Assembly: GCA_043228905.1 (NCBI GenBank)
Contig: JBHGNT010000006.1
Location: 13,082,001-13,146,000 of the forward strand
DNA length: 64,000 nucleotides
Source of the DNA: Azolla caroliniana
Taxonomy: Eukaryota > Plantae > Polypodiophyta
Reading direction: 5' to 3'
This document shows positions 12,912-26,900 of the stretch, in pieces. The number at the start of each line of letters is the position of its first letter. Positions within the stretch are counted from its first letter, which is position 1. Under the pieces are notes generated by a model that had not been told where the DNA came from, did not search any database, and saw only the letters and a program-made list of their open reading frames with translations. The position numbers and the translations under genes were made by a program.

Positions 12912-13969
12912 CCACTTGAATGTGTGGAAAGCTTCAAATATCTTCACCTTGAAGTTCCATCAAATCATAGATGGAATGAATGTGCCACATGCCGCTTAGA
13001 GGCGGGTAAGCAAGCATATTATGCATTTCAGAACACATGCAATCTTGGAGATATTAAGTGTTGGGTCCTTAAGAAATATCTTTTAGACATTTTGGTAACA
13101 TCGGTTCTTCTCTATGGGGTGGTAGTATCCCGAAATCTACATGGAAAGAGTTTGAAAATGTCCAAAAACATTTTCTTACAAAGTTTCTTACAAGTTAAGA
13201 AACAAATGCCCTACAGCCTCCTCCACCTTGACACGGGATCACTTCCCATTGAGATCATGGCCATGGAAAGGGTTGTTGAATACATGTTAAGGATAGAAAA
13301 ATCCCTCACATCGACTTTCTAGAATTTCATGGAAAGCAAGCAAAATGATCCAAAAGACACAAAAAACCAAAGTTTTGTGTTCCGGTTGGATGCAAGATAT
13401 AGAAAAATAGTTTGGTTGATGGGATGCAAGACACTTGCTTCATGATGCATCACTAGATTCCTTTGTAAACGAGGCCCTTTTGCAATGCAAATGTATCATG
13501 ACATGGGACAAATGTGGAGGCTCACGTTCACACATTATACTACACATGTTGCACCTGACAACAAAACCATATTCTTCATGGAACGGGGAAACCGTACACA
13601 TCGATACATGTTACAGCCCATCCCGTTATCTGTCATTCGAACCATTGTTTTCATGCAACTTAGCTTAGATGCATTACGATGTGAGACGGGGCATTGGGTC
13701 ACAAGTGATGAGAGTGGTCAGCTATGCACACTTTGCCCTAAACACTATTTGGTCTATGCATTGATGAATTGGAAGAAATGGTTACCAAGTTTGCAAAGGA
13801 AGAATGTGTTGAAGAAGTTGCCATTGGGAATGTTGTGATTATTCTTTTCCTATATGCAGATGATGTAGTGCTTGTTGCAAATACTTTAGGAGATGCACAA
13901 AAGCTTATGAAGGCATTGGAAAAAAATTGCATGCATACTAAATTAAATGTCAATAGCTCTAAAACAAAT
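12912..13969 (+). pseudogene. Non-LTR retrotransposon (LINE) ORF2 fragments
   Basis: VESFKYL...SVLLYG C-terminal segment (12912-13740), followed by a core RT segment with LYADD...LNVNSSKT (13745-13969). Confidence 0.8.
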
Positions 13970-14345
13970 TGTTGAGATACAAGCTCAACATTGGGTGTGT
14001 AAACCAGTGCGTAGACTGGGTGCGTAAACCGGGTGCGCAACGAGAGGTCGTAGCAGTGCGTAAACCGGGAGGCCATTGGATAGATATTCCGCGGAGGAAT
14101 ATATTTTGGGAGTTAGTGTAGGGGCTCATTGATGAGCATTGAAATACGAGTCAGTACTTCTGTCAATCCGTATAGAGTTGTATAAAAGTGCTCTCTAAGC
14201 ACATCCTATGTACAAAGTTTTAGAGTATTGTTTTGGAATAGAGTTTTTTGTGTTCTTCTCTCTCTGTCTCTTCCACGTACACTGTGTTGATTCAACTTTC
14301 CATTAAACCTTCCTTGTCACTTGTCGTTTGTCTGTTGTTACCCGG
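13970..14345 (+). mobile_element. Copia B-family LTR (truncated)
   Basis: TGTTGAGATACAAGCTCAACATTGGG start is identical to the LTR at 20839. Shares the TTTTGGGAGTTAGTG and TTGTATAAAAGTGCTC blocks. Confidence 0.85.
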
Positions 14346-15370
14346 TTGTGTTTGTTCCCTTCTCATCACCCTTGTGCGATGATCTGGCCTTCTTCTTCAA
14401 TGAAGCATCAGAGTTGTGTGAATCGGACGTGCATCCCTTAGTGCACAATTTGTCGAACCGAAACCAAGTTCTTCGTGATTTTCGGGACGTGCAAGACGTT
14501 CATCAGTCCCCCCCTTCTGTCCAACATGGCTCAGGGGGACATCACCTACATGCTCGATGGGGTGTGAGGTGTCGTCACCGGTTTCGACTACCCCCAATTA
14601 TTCCAATATTTCCAATTATGAGAACCACTCTTCGTGGCTCGTCATGTGGTTTGACGCTTCGGAATCGACAAACCACACCTCATTTGGTTTTGAGGTGCTC
14701 GTCTTCATTGAGTTGGCCTTGTGCTTCATCACAAAGGTTGGGCCCTTTCCGGCTTGCTCTAAGCCTCCCATGTAGTGTGATTGTTGCAGATTTTCTTGTT
14801 CGGCTCTGTTGATCCGAATTTGTCCGAATCAGACTTCTTCTTTTAGCATTGCTTTCCCTATGGCCTTTTCAGCCACAATACCAACATTCCGTCTCTACCT
14901 TCCCTTGCCAATTTCCGGTGCTGCCTTGACTCCTCCTACTCATGGAGGGTCTAGAACTGTTGTCGGCATGTCGACTATGCCTCTAATTCTACTCTTGTCG
15001 ACTACCACCATTGCATGCAGATCCACCTCTTCCTCCATGACCACGAGGCAAATTCGCCTCCATGTACAACATCTGACTATCAGATTGTGTGGTCCTTGAT
15101 GCACCTGCGTGGTTTTCTTCAACCAGAAGCATTGATTGCAGGTCAAAAAATGATGTTGGCTTCTCCCTAGTGCAAATGGACGTTTGGATCGGCATGTACC
15201 TCTGAGCTAGACCACCAAGACAAATCTGCACCATTTTTTCCTCGTCCACTGTCACATTGTTGGACCCCAAAGCGTCGCAGATTTCCTTGATCTTCATGGT
15301 GTAGTCGGTCACCGTCACATCCCTCGATCGGATATTGTTGAGCTCTTGATGGGGTTGCAGCTTCCGGTAT
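14345..15370 (-). pseudogene. gag: Copia B gag-protease fragment (inverted)
   Basis: DYTMKIKEICDALGS...MVQICLGGL, homologous to 62040-63000. Confidence 0.85.
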
Positions 15371-15372
15371 GA

Positions 15373-18345
15373 TGTTGATCATGGCGTATGCATGAAACGG
15401 GAAAAGGAAGTAAGCATCAGGCTTCTTATCAAAAGAAAGAGGAGAAACGAAAATAGCTTGTATTAATATTTCCAAGATGATTACAATAGTATTTCTTGCC
15501 TATCTCATTACAATGGTATTTCTCGTCTACTATTATCCCCCCTTGGTAAGGTTACTCTTCCCCTTTTTATACATGAGGAAGGTGGGTGCATGAGTGCCAA
15601 ATGTCACCCATGCATGAAAAAGTGCGTGCATGAATGGCAATTGTATTAGGAAGGTGGATGCCAAGTGTCACCCATCCATAAGATGCACCTGCATTAGTGG
15701 GTAATAGCTTTAATATCAAAAATACTTTATAAAAATGTACTTTGAATAAGTATTTCGCTTAATAAATGGTTAATAGCTTTAATGGTTAAAATAGTTGATA
15801 GTGATAATAACAAGTCTGTTGATAATACGTATTTAGCTTTAAAAGTGGGTAATAGCTTTAATAGCTAGAATAGCTCTAATAGCTTTTATGACTTTTATAG
15901 AGAAAATACCTAATAGTGATAATAACAAGTGTGTTGATAATAGGTATTTCGCTTAAAAATATTCTACTCAATATTATGTTTTATCGTAGATTCAACTAGC
16001 TATTATCATCCTATGGTGAATGTTCTTATCAAGTTATTAGCTATTGCTTAGCTAAACAACCATTTACAAAGTTTTGAATCAGTTCGTATAATTTGTTAGA
16101 GGTTATTTTCTCATCGTGGTATGAAAACGTCACAACATCCTCCCCCTCTAGACCTGCGCATCCTCCGGCATCCGCCAACGAACATCTCCTTCTTCAGCTT
16201 CATGGATGTCATCTTCGTTGAGGAAGTTAGCATTTTGATCTTCCCTTTTCAAAATCTGACACATAAGTTGACATATCATGTCCACACGAGTTAATTTCGT
16301 AATTCTTCTTTGAAATTTCTATCATGCTCCCACCTAACAATAAGAAATTGAACACTCCTTTTACTATCGATACTTCGAATCCTAGCATATGTCGAGCCAT
16401 ATTCAAGCACCTTCGTCTCCATCCTAGAAGATGTGATATATGGTTGACCAAGAATAATTGGGTATTATGAGGTCTTCTAGATAAAGAAATGTTGCTCCAT
16501 TGGCACATCCCCAATGGTGACTTTGATGTTTGGGCAAGCTCCATGAAGTTCCTCGGTTGTTGAATTAGCCAATTTTACCCTCCACCCATGATTCGTTTCC
16601 ATTGGCCATCCGCCTTTCCTGTAAATATCATAAGAAATTAGATTAATTTCGGAGTCGTGGTTGATTAAGGCCACGACCGGATCTTCAAGGTTTCCAATCT
16701 TCATAGGTGTCTCTGTTGTTGCACCCAATGTTTCTTACAATAGTAGCTTTTTACCTTTTTCAGCGTCTCTTCAAAACTTTTGTTGTCGCAATAGCTTGTC
16801 TACCAGCAATGGAAGAGCTTGGTTCACCTTTGAGGACTTCCACCGTTGCTTTCTTTACTTCACTTCCTGGGTTTTCGGCGGCTTCAATACTTTGTCATTT
16901 TCTTTTAATTCCATCTATTATTGCATCATGAAATTTATTTTTCGCTATGCCCAAAAGTTCCTTCAAGGAAAGCTCCACTTTGCTATTTAAAATTCTTTCT
17001 TCCAATACTTTTTTTAAATCAGTTGAAGCTTCAATATCAGATAATAATTTGAATAAGGGACTCTTCTTATCCTTACCTTTTTCAATGTCAGGGCTTACCA
17101 TTTTCGGATTTTCCGTCTCCCTCTTTTAGCATGTCTTAACTCCCTCTTCTTGTTATCTTCATTTTCCGCCCATTTTCGTTTCTCTTCCATGATCACTTCA
17201 TGGGCTTGGTTTGTTACAACCTTCGCGAAAGCTGAGAGGCCATCCTTCTCAAACAGTATTGCTTCGAACAACATCACCTCTAGACTTCAACTTTTCAAAC
17301 TTGATTTTACCCTTCCTTGCAGCTTTGAAAATACACAGCCAAAATTCAGATTCAGATCCTCCTTCACCAACATGGATGATTGTAGTTGTTGGTTGATAGA
17401 CAACTTGTGCTTAGTTCTTTCTGCATCTTCGATGATTCTTCTCATACCACCTCTTCTAAAGTTAGTTCAGAGAGGTAATTGAGTTTCAGAAGAATGAATC
17501 TTACCATCTTTGAAGAATATCACCCCTCTGTCTATCTCTTCTTGATAATTATCACACCCTCCTCTTGAATGATCGACGTTATCACACCATATACATCTTC
17601 TTTCATAATCTTTTTGGAGTTGTGAGGATTTTTCTTCTTGTAACTTTGCAACATGTAATGAAAGATCTCTTATATCTTTGGTAAGATCGTCCATCACTGT
17701 TTCAGGTACCTTGGAAATAGTTGATGGGCTCCCAATATCCTCCCTAATGGTTGTCTTCACTTCATCTTGAGAACTAATCTCTTTCATACCCCCGACAATC
17801 GAAAGATCTTCACACCATTAGGCTCTTTTGTTGATTCTATTGCAGGCTTCATGTACTCGATTCCAATAAGATACTAGACCAGTGGGTGTAGTCCAATCTT
17901 CAAGGAATGCAACTAGTTTCTCTCGATAGGATCGGTCTGATGCCTTCAAGAATGATATGACCTTCTCTAGTTCCAAAAGAATCATTTCGGTCGTCGTTAA
18001 TTGTTTATAACAAGCTTCAAACTCTTTTAACAAATCCATCATTGAAATCTTCTTGTCTTCTTTGTCCACCCAATCCAGGAAACTCCTCCTTGATGCTCGG
18101 ATTGTATCACCAAGCATGTATTCATTTAATAAAGCTTGCTCAAATGCAACCCAATCATTAGAACTTGTTGCGAGTTCAGAGACTCTATTTCTCAAAGGGA
18201 GTTCAACCATCCTCACAAAATTCATTTGAACATCATGTTGGTTTAACCCTTTACTACCCATCTCAGTAACAATTACTTGTATGAATTTAGATATATTGTT
18301 ACCTTCAAAGAGACCTATTTTTTCTACAAGCTTGTCAATAGCATG
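15373..18345 (-). mobile_element. Ty3/gypsy gag-protease-only element (5'-truncated); 3' LTR 15373-16137
   Basis: Minus-strand gag (IGLFEGNNISKF, DWVAFEQALLNEY), Zn knuckle CIWCDNVDHSRGGC, FKLLSDIEASTDLKKVLEERILNS block, protease (ALINHDSEINLI, ILGQPYI). Then PPT AGAGGGGGAGGA (16138-16150) and an LTR with TGTTG/CAACA ends. Confidence 0.78.
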
Positions 18346-18365
18346 ATTGATTCATTGAAGAGCAC

Positions 18366-19427
18366 TTGCACGTTCTTGGATTTGCATCATTCTTTCAATC
18401 ATGGATTCATTTTCTCCATGGATGTAACTCTAGTAACCATTTCAATTTGTTAGATGATAAAGTTTATGGTGGTTTGAGAAGAATGGTGGTTAGTGAACAA
18501 TGGTGCAATTGGAATGGTGCCAAAACAAAGAAAGCAGAAGAGATGGTTTCAATTGTATTGGATGCTAACTTTTGGGTAGATGTAAAGATGATTGTGAAGG
18601 TATGCAAACCAATTTTAAAGCTTCTTCGTTTGACTGATAGCGAAGGTGCTACAATGGGATTGATTTATCGATTTAAACAACAAATGTTGATGGAGATAAA
18701 CATTATGACAGATATTGATCCTATGAAGCTTGATGAAATAAAAGAGTGTTGCATACATAGACTAACAATGTTGGAATCGCCATTGCATGCAGCGGGATAT
18801 GTCTTGCATCCATTATGGATAGCAAATGATCAAGAAATAGATCATGATTTACAAATGGGTTGGATGAAAACAATCATGCTTTATGCTAGTGGTAATATAG
18901 TTTTACAAAATGCTTTGTTAGATGAGTTTTATGCATATAGAAAACAAGCATCAAATTTGTTTCAAGTTCCATTTGCAAAGGATGCTAATAGATTAAGCAC
19001 ACCAATCAAATGGTGGGAAACTTTTGGAGCAAGCACTCCCAATTTGAAGAAACTTGCAATTAGAGTGTTATCTCAAGGTACAAGTGCATCGTCTTGTGAA
19101 AGGAATTGCAGTACATTTTCATTAATACATACTAAAAGGAGAAATAGATTGAGTTCAAATCATGTGCAAAAATTGGTTTTTTTGTACACAAATCTTCGTA
19201 TTCTTAAGAAGATTAAAGAAAGAGGTTTCAATCCTATTGAGGTTACTATTGACATGATTGAGAAAGAAAATGATGAAGAACGATTATTGGTGTTGCAAAG
19301 TGAACAAGAAGCACAAGAAGTTGATGAAAATGAGAGCCTCACCAATGTGATGGCTTATCTTGATGATGATGAACAAGATGAGGATGATGATTTTGAAGAT
19401 GATGATATCACCTTGAATGAAGATTAG
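18366..19427 (+). CDS. hAT transposase, C-terminal portion (with dimerisation domain)
   Basis: Open 353-aa frame with PLHAAGYVLHP and WWETFGASTPNLKKLAIRVLSQGTSASSCERNCSTF...KRRNRL, plus an acidic tail. The 5' part is missing; possible splice acceptor at 18453. Confidence 0.88.
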   Translation: MHVLGFASFFQSWIHFLHGCNSSNHFNLLDDKVYGGLRRMVVSEQWCNWNGAKTKKAEEMVSIVLDANFWVDVKMIVKVCKPILKLLRLTDSEGATMGLIYRFKQQMLMEINIMTDIDPMKLDEIKECCIHRLTMLESPLHAAGYVLHPLWIANDQEIDHDLQMGWMKTIMLYASGNIVLQNALLDEFYAYRKQASNLFQVPFAKDANRLSTPIKWWETFGASTPNLKKLAIRVLSQGTSASSCERNCSTFSLIHTKRRNRLSSNHVQKLVFLYTNLRILKKIKERGFNPIEVTIDMIEKENDEERLLVLQSEQEAQEVDENESLTNVMAYLDDDEQDEDDDFEDDDITLNED

Positions 19428-19683
19428 GAATGCTCGTTTTGATGTAACACCTCATTGAGAATTTTTTTGAAGACTAGGCATTTTGGATAGTTGTTATTAG
19501 AATTTACGAAAAAAAACATATTGTTATTAAGAAGGCAATGGGTTTTTTTTTTGCAATTTTAAAATTTTTTTACCATGAAAAAATATTTACCTTATAGTAA
19601 ATCATTTATCCAAAAGTATGGTATTTATCATTCTTCGAGGGTGTTTATCATTCTCGAACACGAATGCACGGATCGTACGTATG

Positions 19684-21127
19684 GTTCATACAATGATCGG
19701 AAGCCTCATATACTTGACTATCACCCAGCCGGACCTAAGCTACCCAGTCAGCTTGATTAGTAAGTACATTGTGCCACCAACTGAGGAGCACCTTCACTGC
19801 GCGCAACGCATACTCAGGTATGCCAGTGGCAGTAAGGACCGGGGGCTACTATATCGGATCGGTAGTGTGGCGCGACTAGTCGGCTATACGGATGTTGATT
19901 GGGCCAGATACGCCGGCGATCGCCGATCCACATCCGGATTCACGTTCTCCCTTGGGAGCGCTGCGATCGCGTGGAGTAGCAAGAAGCAGCCGACAGTTGC
20001 ATTGTCAAGCACAGAGGCCGAGTATCGATGAGTGGCTGTCACAATATGCGAAGCCATATGGCTGAAGCGGCTACGTAAGGATCTGCAGGTGGGGGTGTCT
20101 GATCTGACGATGATCTACTGCGACAACCTCAGTAGCATCCAACTTGCGAAGAACCTCGTCTTCCACACCCGAACTAGGCACATTGAGGTGCACTACCACT
20201 TTGTCCATGAGTGTGTCCTCTCTGGTGAAGTTGAACTTCAGTATGTTTCGACGGATCGGTAGACCGTCGACATTTTCACCAAGCCCCTTTGACTAGACAA
20301 GTTGCGGCAATTCTCGGGTGCGCTTGGGTTGCGGCACCTTGATGTGCCAAACTTGAGGGGGAGAAAAGTCCCGCAAGACCAAGGAAAGGAGCAGGAAAGG
20401 AGCGGAAGTGACCGCGACATCAAATCGGATGACAAATTCAATTTAGTGTCAGCTGAAGAAGCCGAAGGCGTATCCATGGAAGAGTCCAGAAGCGGATGAG
20501 ATGGCAACAGCCGAAAGGAAAAGACGGAGCCAGCCAAACATGGGGGAGATGAAGCCAATTCGAACCAAAGTGGAGACGAATCGGAGACAGCCGATTCGGC
20601 TCGAATGTTTGATTTGGAGACGCCGAATCAACTGAAGGCCAAGCAGAATAAAGGGCAGCAGAAGAGGCGCCAACACCATGACAGTAAGGGAGTTGGAAAA
20701 GGGCGCACGAGCAGACAAGCCGACTGTAAGGGTCGAGGCGCGCGGAATCAAACGGGTCAAGGAGCGTGAGTGAGACGTGAAGCCAAGAGAAACCGGAGTG
20801 AAGGACCGGAAGAGCCTCAAGTTGAGCTTGAGGGGGAGTGTTGAGATACAAGCTCAACATTGGGAATATATTTGGGAGTTAGTGTAGGAGCTCCGTTATG
20901 AGCATTGAAGTACGTGTCAGTACTTATGTCAGTCTGTATGGACTTGTATAAAAGTGCTCCCTGAGCACATCCTATGTACAGATAGTTTTTACACATTATT
21001 TTGAATTCAATTTCTTCTGTGTGTTATTTTCCCTCTCTGTCTCTCCCGCGTACATCGTGTCTTAAGCTCTCCATTAAACCTGTTGGTATTTTGTGTGTCA
21101 TATAGCTTCCGCATGTTACGTTTTACA
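19684..21127 (+). mobile_element. Copia B element B3, 3' portion; LTR 20839-21127
   Basis: GSLIYLTITQPD, YTDVDWA, WSSKKQPTVALSSTEAEY. PPT GAGGGGGAG before TGTTGAG at 20839; LTR ends TTTTACA. Confidence 0.85.
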
Positions 21128-22710
21128 ATTACATGGCCCGAATCAAGGAGATCTGAGATTCTCTCACCTCCGTCAACGTGAATGTCAAGGAGGACGAAAT
21201 GGTGCAGGTTTGTCTTGGAGGGTTAGCGTCAAAGTTCGGAGCATTCCAAACGGCGGTTTGCACAAGGGAGATTACGCCTTTGTTCGTCGAGCTTCAGTCG
21301 ATGTTGCTCGTAGAGGAAAATCACACGGGTGCATCAACGAGTATGCACACCAACAGCAAGATGTTGTACATGGAGGAAGATGGTGGATGGGGCGGATCGG
21401 CATGCAATGGAGGCGGCTGAAAAGAGCAGAATGTGTGGCATAATCGAAATGCCAGAAGCAATTCCAAAGCCTCCGGAAGCAGGGTGAGTCACAGCGGTGT
21501 ACATGCTATAGCCCCCCAGTTTTCTATCCGAACAGAACACTTCGGCAGTCTGCCGATTGAAGAAGGCATTATATGGCCTTAAGAAAGCCCCGTGAGCTTG
21601 AAACACGGATTCTGCAACAGTTGCGTAGAATGGGGTTTATGACATCAAAGTCGAACTCCTTGTTGTTCGTTCGGCAAGGTCGATATGGACCGGTTTGTCT
21701 TTTACTTTATGTTGATGATTTAGTCATTGCCGGTGCCCACCTGCAAGAAATTGGCCATGTAAAGTCTTAGCTTGCGGCACCATTCAAAATGAAAGATCTT
21801 AGCGACCGTCATTACTTCCTCGGGATCGAAGTGATCCGTTCCCCCGAAGGCATATTGATCAATCAACGTCATTATGTACTGAATATGCTCTTCAAGTTCG
21901 TGATAGCAGATTGTAAGCCCATCTCAACCCCTCTGGATAGAAACGTAAAGCTTCGCCAAAATTCGGGAAAGGCGTACGACCCGACACGGTTTCGACAGAT
22001 TGTCGGAAGCCTCATCTACTTGATGGTCACTCAACCAGACCTCAGCTATCCAGTCGGAATGATTAGTCAATTTATGTCACAGCCCACAACCGAACACCTT
22101 GAGTGCGCACAAAGGATATTACGATATGTCAGCGGCACGAAAGACATGGCTTTGTTGTATCCTGCAGATGTAGCCCAACAGTTAATCGACTACACGGATG
22201 CCGATTGCGCCGAAAATGCCCACGATCGTCAATCCACATCCGGATATGCATTCTCATTGGGAAGTGTGACAATCACGTGGAGCAGTAAGAAGAAATCGAC
22301 AGTAGCATTGTCGATCACAGACGTCGAATATCGAGGAACGACTGTCGTTACATGCAAAGTCATTTGGCTGAAACGGCTATTACGGGATTTGCACGTAGAG
22401 GTGTCCGATCCAACAACGATCTACTATGACAACCTCAGCAGCATCCATCTTGCGAAAAACCCTGTATTCCATGCTTGGACTAAGCATATTGAGGTGCACT
22501 ACCATTTTGTCTGCGAGTGTGTCCTTTCTGGTGAAGTCGAATTGGTGTATGTTCTGACGGGTCAGCAGGTTGCCGACATTTTCACCAAGCCCCTTGGTCT
22601 CGACAAGTTACGACATTTCTCGATTGAGTTGGGTTTGCAGCACCTCCACACGCTGAACTTGAGGGGGAGACAAGAACAGGAATAGGAGTGTGAACAGAGC
22701 GGTAGTAACC

Positions 22711-23314
22711 TGTTGGGATTACGGTCCCTCCGGATGGGATGGTCGGATGTCCGGAGATGAATGACGACAAGCCCGGTTGCGGTTTCGGAACCGGATGATG
22801 AAGACCCCGGCTTCGGAGCCGGATGACGAATGTACCCGGAGAGAGATCCGGATGCGGGGACATATCTGTGAATATGTTTGCCAAGGGCCCTTGAGGCTAT
22901 AGTTGTAAATAGCCCCAAAGTCATATGTGTATAAATATGACTTAGGGCAAACAGTTTTGATGTTGCTACTCATTTTTCTGTTTTTCCACTCAAGAGGAGT
23001 GAAGAGAGAGCAGCCGTGAGAGAGATAGAGTGTGAGAGAGGAAGAGGTCGACGCCTCTGTGTAATTCCGCCGCCTGTGGCGAGGACAGCGAGCTCAAGGT
23101 CGTCGCCTTGCAGCTCGCCATTGTATATTTCTCTGTGCATAGTTTTGGTTCGGAGTCTTGTACTCCCGTGGTTTTTCCCGTACAGGGTTTTCCACGTTAA
23201 ATCGTGTGTCCACTTATTTACTTTTGCATTTCCCATTTTCTGCAACAACGATTCGTGTGTTTCCTTGGTTGTGGCCGAGAGGTGAAGTTTGGAAAGTGTC
23301 TTTTATTTCCATCA
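22711..23314 (+). mobile_element. Solo LTR, copia family A
   Basis: TGTTGGGA...TTCCATCA, homologous to the LTR 23971-24582. Perfect TSD TAACC (22706-22710, 23315-23319). Confidence 0.92.
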
Positions 23315-23970
23315 TAACCGTGATGCCGAATCGGATGAAGAATTTGATTTCGGGCCGGATGAAGAAGCCGAAGAAGAAAACAGGGGCCGTAATCACAAGG
23401 AAGAGCTGAAGACAGCCGAACGAAGGGGAAACAAAGCCAAGAAAGGCGTAAAGGCCAAGACTAAGACATGGTCGGATGTATTAAGGGCTTGAAGACAGAA
23501 GACGAATTGGAGACAGCCAATTCGAGTAAAAGCGGGAATGAATCGAAAATGTCCGATTTAATCAAAATGTTCGATTCGGACATTACGAATCAACTGAGGG
23601 CCAAGTGGAGAAAAGGGCATCGAAAGAGGCACCAACACCGCGACAGCAAGGGAGCTGAGAAGGGCCACATGAGCAGACAAGCCGACCGGAAGGGTCGAAG
23701 TGCGTGGAATCGGACGGGTCGAGGAGCGCGAGCGAGGCGTGAAGCCAGGAGAAGCCGGAGCGAAGACCCAGAAAAGCATATGGAACCTCAAGTTGAGCTT
23801 GAGGGAGAGTGTTGAGAGACAAGCATAACATTGGGTGCGTAAACGGGTGTGTAACCCACTACGTAGACTGGGTGGGTGCATAAAACCGTACGCAAAATAT
23901 GGTCGTGGTGGTGTTTAAACCGGAAGGCTGTTAGAACGTAAGGAATAGTTTTGGGAGTTAGTGTAGAAGG

Positions 23971-26900
23971 TGTTGGGATTACGGTCCCTTCGAATGGGAT
24001 GGTCGGATGTCGGAGATGAATGCCGACGAGCCCGGTTTCGGTTTCGGAACCGGATGATGAAGACCCCGGCTTCGGAGCCGGATGACGAATGTACCCAGAG
24101 AGCGATCCGGATGCAGGGACATATCCGTGAATATGTTTGCTATGGGCCCCTGAGGCTATAGTTGTAAATAGCCCCAAAGTCATATATGTATAAATATGAC
24201 TTAGGGCAAACTGTTTTAGTGTTGCTCATTATTTTTCTGTTTTTCCACTCAAGAGGAGTGAAGAGGGAGCAGCCGTGAGAGAGAGAGAGAGAGATAGAGC
24301 GTGAGAGAGGAAGAGGACGACGCCTCTGTGTATTTCCGCCGCCTGTGGCGAGGACAGCGAGCTCAAGGTCGTCGCCTTGCAGCTCGCCATTGTATACTTC
24401 TCTTTGTATAGTGTTGGTTTGGAGTCTTGTACTCCCGTGGTTTTTCCCATCTAGGGTTTTCCACGTTAATCCCTGTGTATTCGTGTGTTTCTCTCTGTGG
24501 TTCCTATTTTCTGCTACATTGATTCGCGATTACTTGGTTGTGGCCGAGCGGTGAAGGTGAATCGGAGCGTCGATTCCTAACAAACTGGTATCAGAGCGAA
24601 CTGCTGCAGAAAATGGAAGGCGGCGGCAGCGGGCAGCCGGGGATGATGGTGCTGAATGCGTAGAATTACACCGACTGGAAGATCAAGATGGAGGATCTTC
24701 TGATTGTTCGGGACCTGTACGAACCGATTGACAGGTCGGAAATACCGAAAGGGGTACTTGAGTCGGAGTGGAAGCTCCTGAACCGGAAAGCCGTAGCGAC
24801 GATCCGACAATATGTCGATGTAAGCGTCCTACAACATGTGGCGAACGACACCAACGCATATGAGATGTGGAAGAAGCTGTCGGGCCTCTATGAGAGGAAG
24901 AATGCGTTGAACCGGACCTCCCTGATGAGGAAGATAGTGAATCTCAAGTACCGGGACGGCGAGAGTATGGTGGAACACGTAAGCACGTTCATGGGATTCG
25001 TGAATCAGCTTGCGGCGATCAAGTTCCCGTTGGAGGATGCAATGCAAGCCATCATCCTGATGTGTACATTGCCGGAAAGCTGGGAGAACTTGGTGGTGAC
25101 TCTCAGCACCTCCTGCACAGAAGATAACTTGTCCTTGCAAACGGTAAAGACAAGTATTTTGAACGAAGAAGCGCGTCGGAGAGATAAAGAACCGGCCTCC
25201 GACTCGAAGGCGCTGCTTACCGAATCGGATCGGGGAAGACAATGGGACCGGAGTCCGCAAAGACGGGAGAAGTCGGGGACCCGGTCGCAGTCAAGAGGAA
25301 GACCCACATGCTTCCACTGTGGGAAGCCGGGGCACTTCCGAAAGAATTGTCGGCATTACCGAAAAGACAACGGAGCCGACGACACCGACTCGAAGAAGTC
25401 ACCGGAGAGAAACGGTGCATACCGGGGAGCCACGGACCGGAGAGGTTCGGATCGGCGAGGGCAGGACCGGAAAGGAACAACGGCACTCGCGGCAAGTGAG
25501 GAAGAAATCATGCTCATCACCGAAGAAGGTGAGCTAAACGTTGCCGGCGATGAGACGACCTGGGTGGTCGATTCCGGAGCATCGTTCCACCTGACCCCGG
25601 AGAGAAGATACTTCTCATCCTACACAGCCGGTGAGCATGGCTGTGTTCGGATGGGAAATGAAGGTACGTGTCGGATTGCCGGCATAGGAGACGTGTGGTT
25701 GACAACCCCGACCGGATGCAAAATGCTGCTGAAGGATGTCCGACACGTTCCGGAGGTTCGATTGAACCTGATTTCGGCCGGGAGGCTAGACGATGAAGGC
25801 TACATAGGTAGCATCCGGAACGGCATAATGAAGTTCAGCAAGGGGAGCCTGATAGTGGCTCGGGCCCGGAAAGTCAACACACTGTACCTGATGAATGCCC
25901 GGTTATGTCCGGAAGAGCTGAATGTGGCAGCCGACACTGCCGGTGAGCTGTGGCACAAGAGACTGTGCCACATGAGTGAGAAGGGGATGAAGAGGCTTGC
26001 AGAAGACAACCTTATCCCAGTGAAGCATGTGCACCTGGAGAAGTGCACCGATTGCCTGGCCGGTAAGCAGAACCGAACCTCCTTCCACTCAAGGCCACCG
26101 ACGAGACGTAGCGCTCCATTGGAGTTGGTGCACACTGACGTGTGTCAGGTAGAAACGAAGTCACATGGCGGAGCCCAGTACTTCGTAACATTCATCGATG
26201 ATCATAGCCGAAAACTGTGGACGGCACCGATGAAGACAAAGGACCAAGTGTTGTGCGTCTTCAAAGAACTCCACGCGAGAGTGGAAAGGGAATCCGGCAA
26301 GAAGCTGAAAGCGATACGAGCGGATAACGGAGGGGAATACCGGGGGCAGTTCGCGGAGTACTGTCGCTCGAAGGGAATCCGACTCGAGTTTACTGTGCCG
26401 AAGACGCCGGAACTGAACGGGCTGGCCGAGAGGATGAACCGGACCATAATGGAGAGGGTCCGGAGTATGCTGGCGCATGCGAAATTACCCAAGGGGTTTT
26501 GGGCTGAGGCAATGTCGACGGCGACATACGTGATAAACAGATCACCCTCAGCACCTTTGGACGGAGACACGCCGCAGAGAGTGTGGACCGGTAGGGAAGT
26601 ATCCTACCGGCATCTGAAGGTGTTCGGGTGTCTCGCATACGTGCATGTGGCAAAGGACCGGAGATGAAAGCTAGATCCAAAGACCCGGCCATGCATATTC
26701 CTCGGTTACGGCGACGATGAGTTCGGCTACCGAGTATGGGACCCGGTCGACAAGAAGATATTCAGGAGTCGAGACATCATCTTCATGGAGGACAAGACAC
26801 TCGCCGACTGGGAATCGGAGAAGAAGATGAAGAGCTCCAAGTCGACCGGTGAGGATCAACTCTACAAGGAGCAGTCCCGACCGGCAAGGGACCGGTTAGC

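Noticed and set aside
18366-19427. Domesticated hAT host gene
   Set aside because: It is 5'-truncated against a gypsy gag and has no upstream exons in the window.
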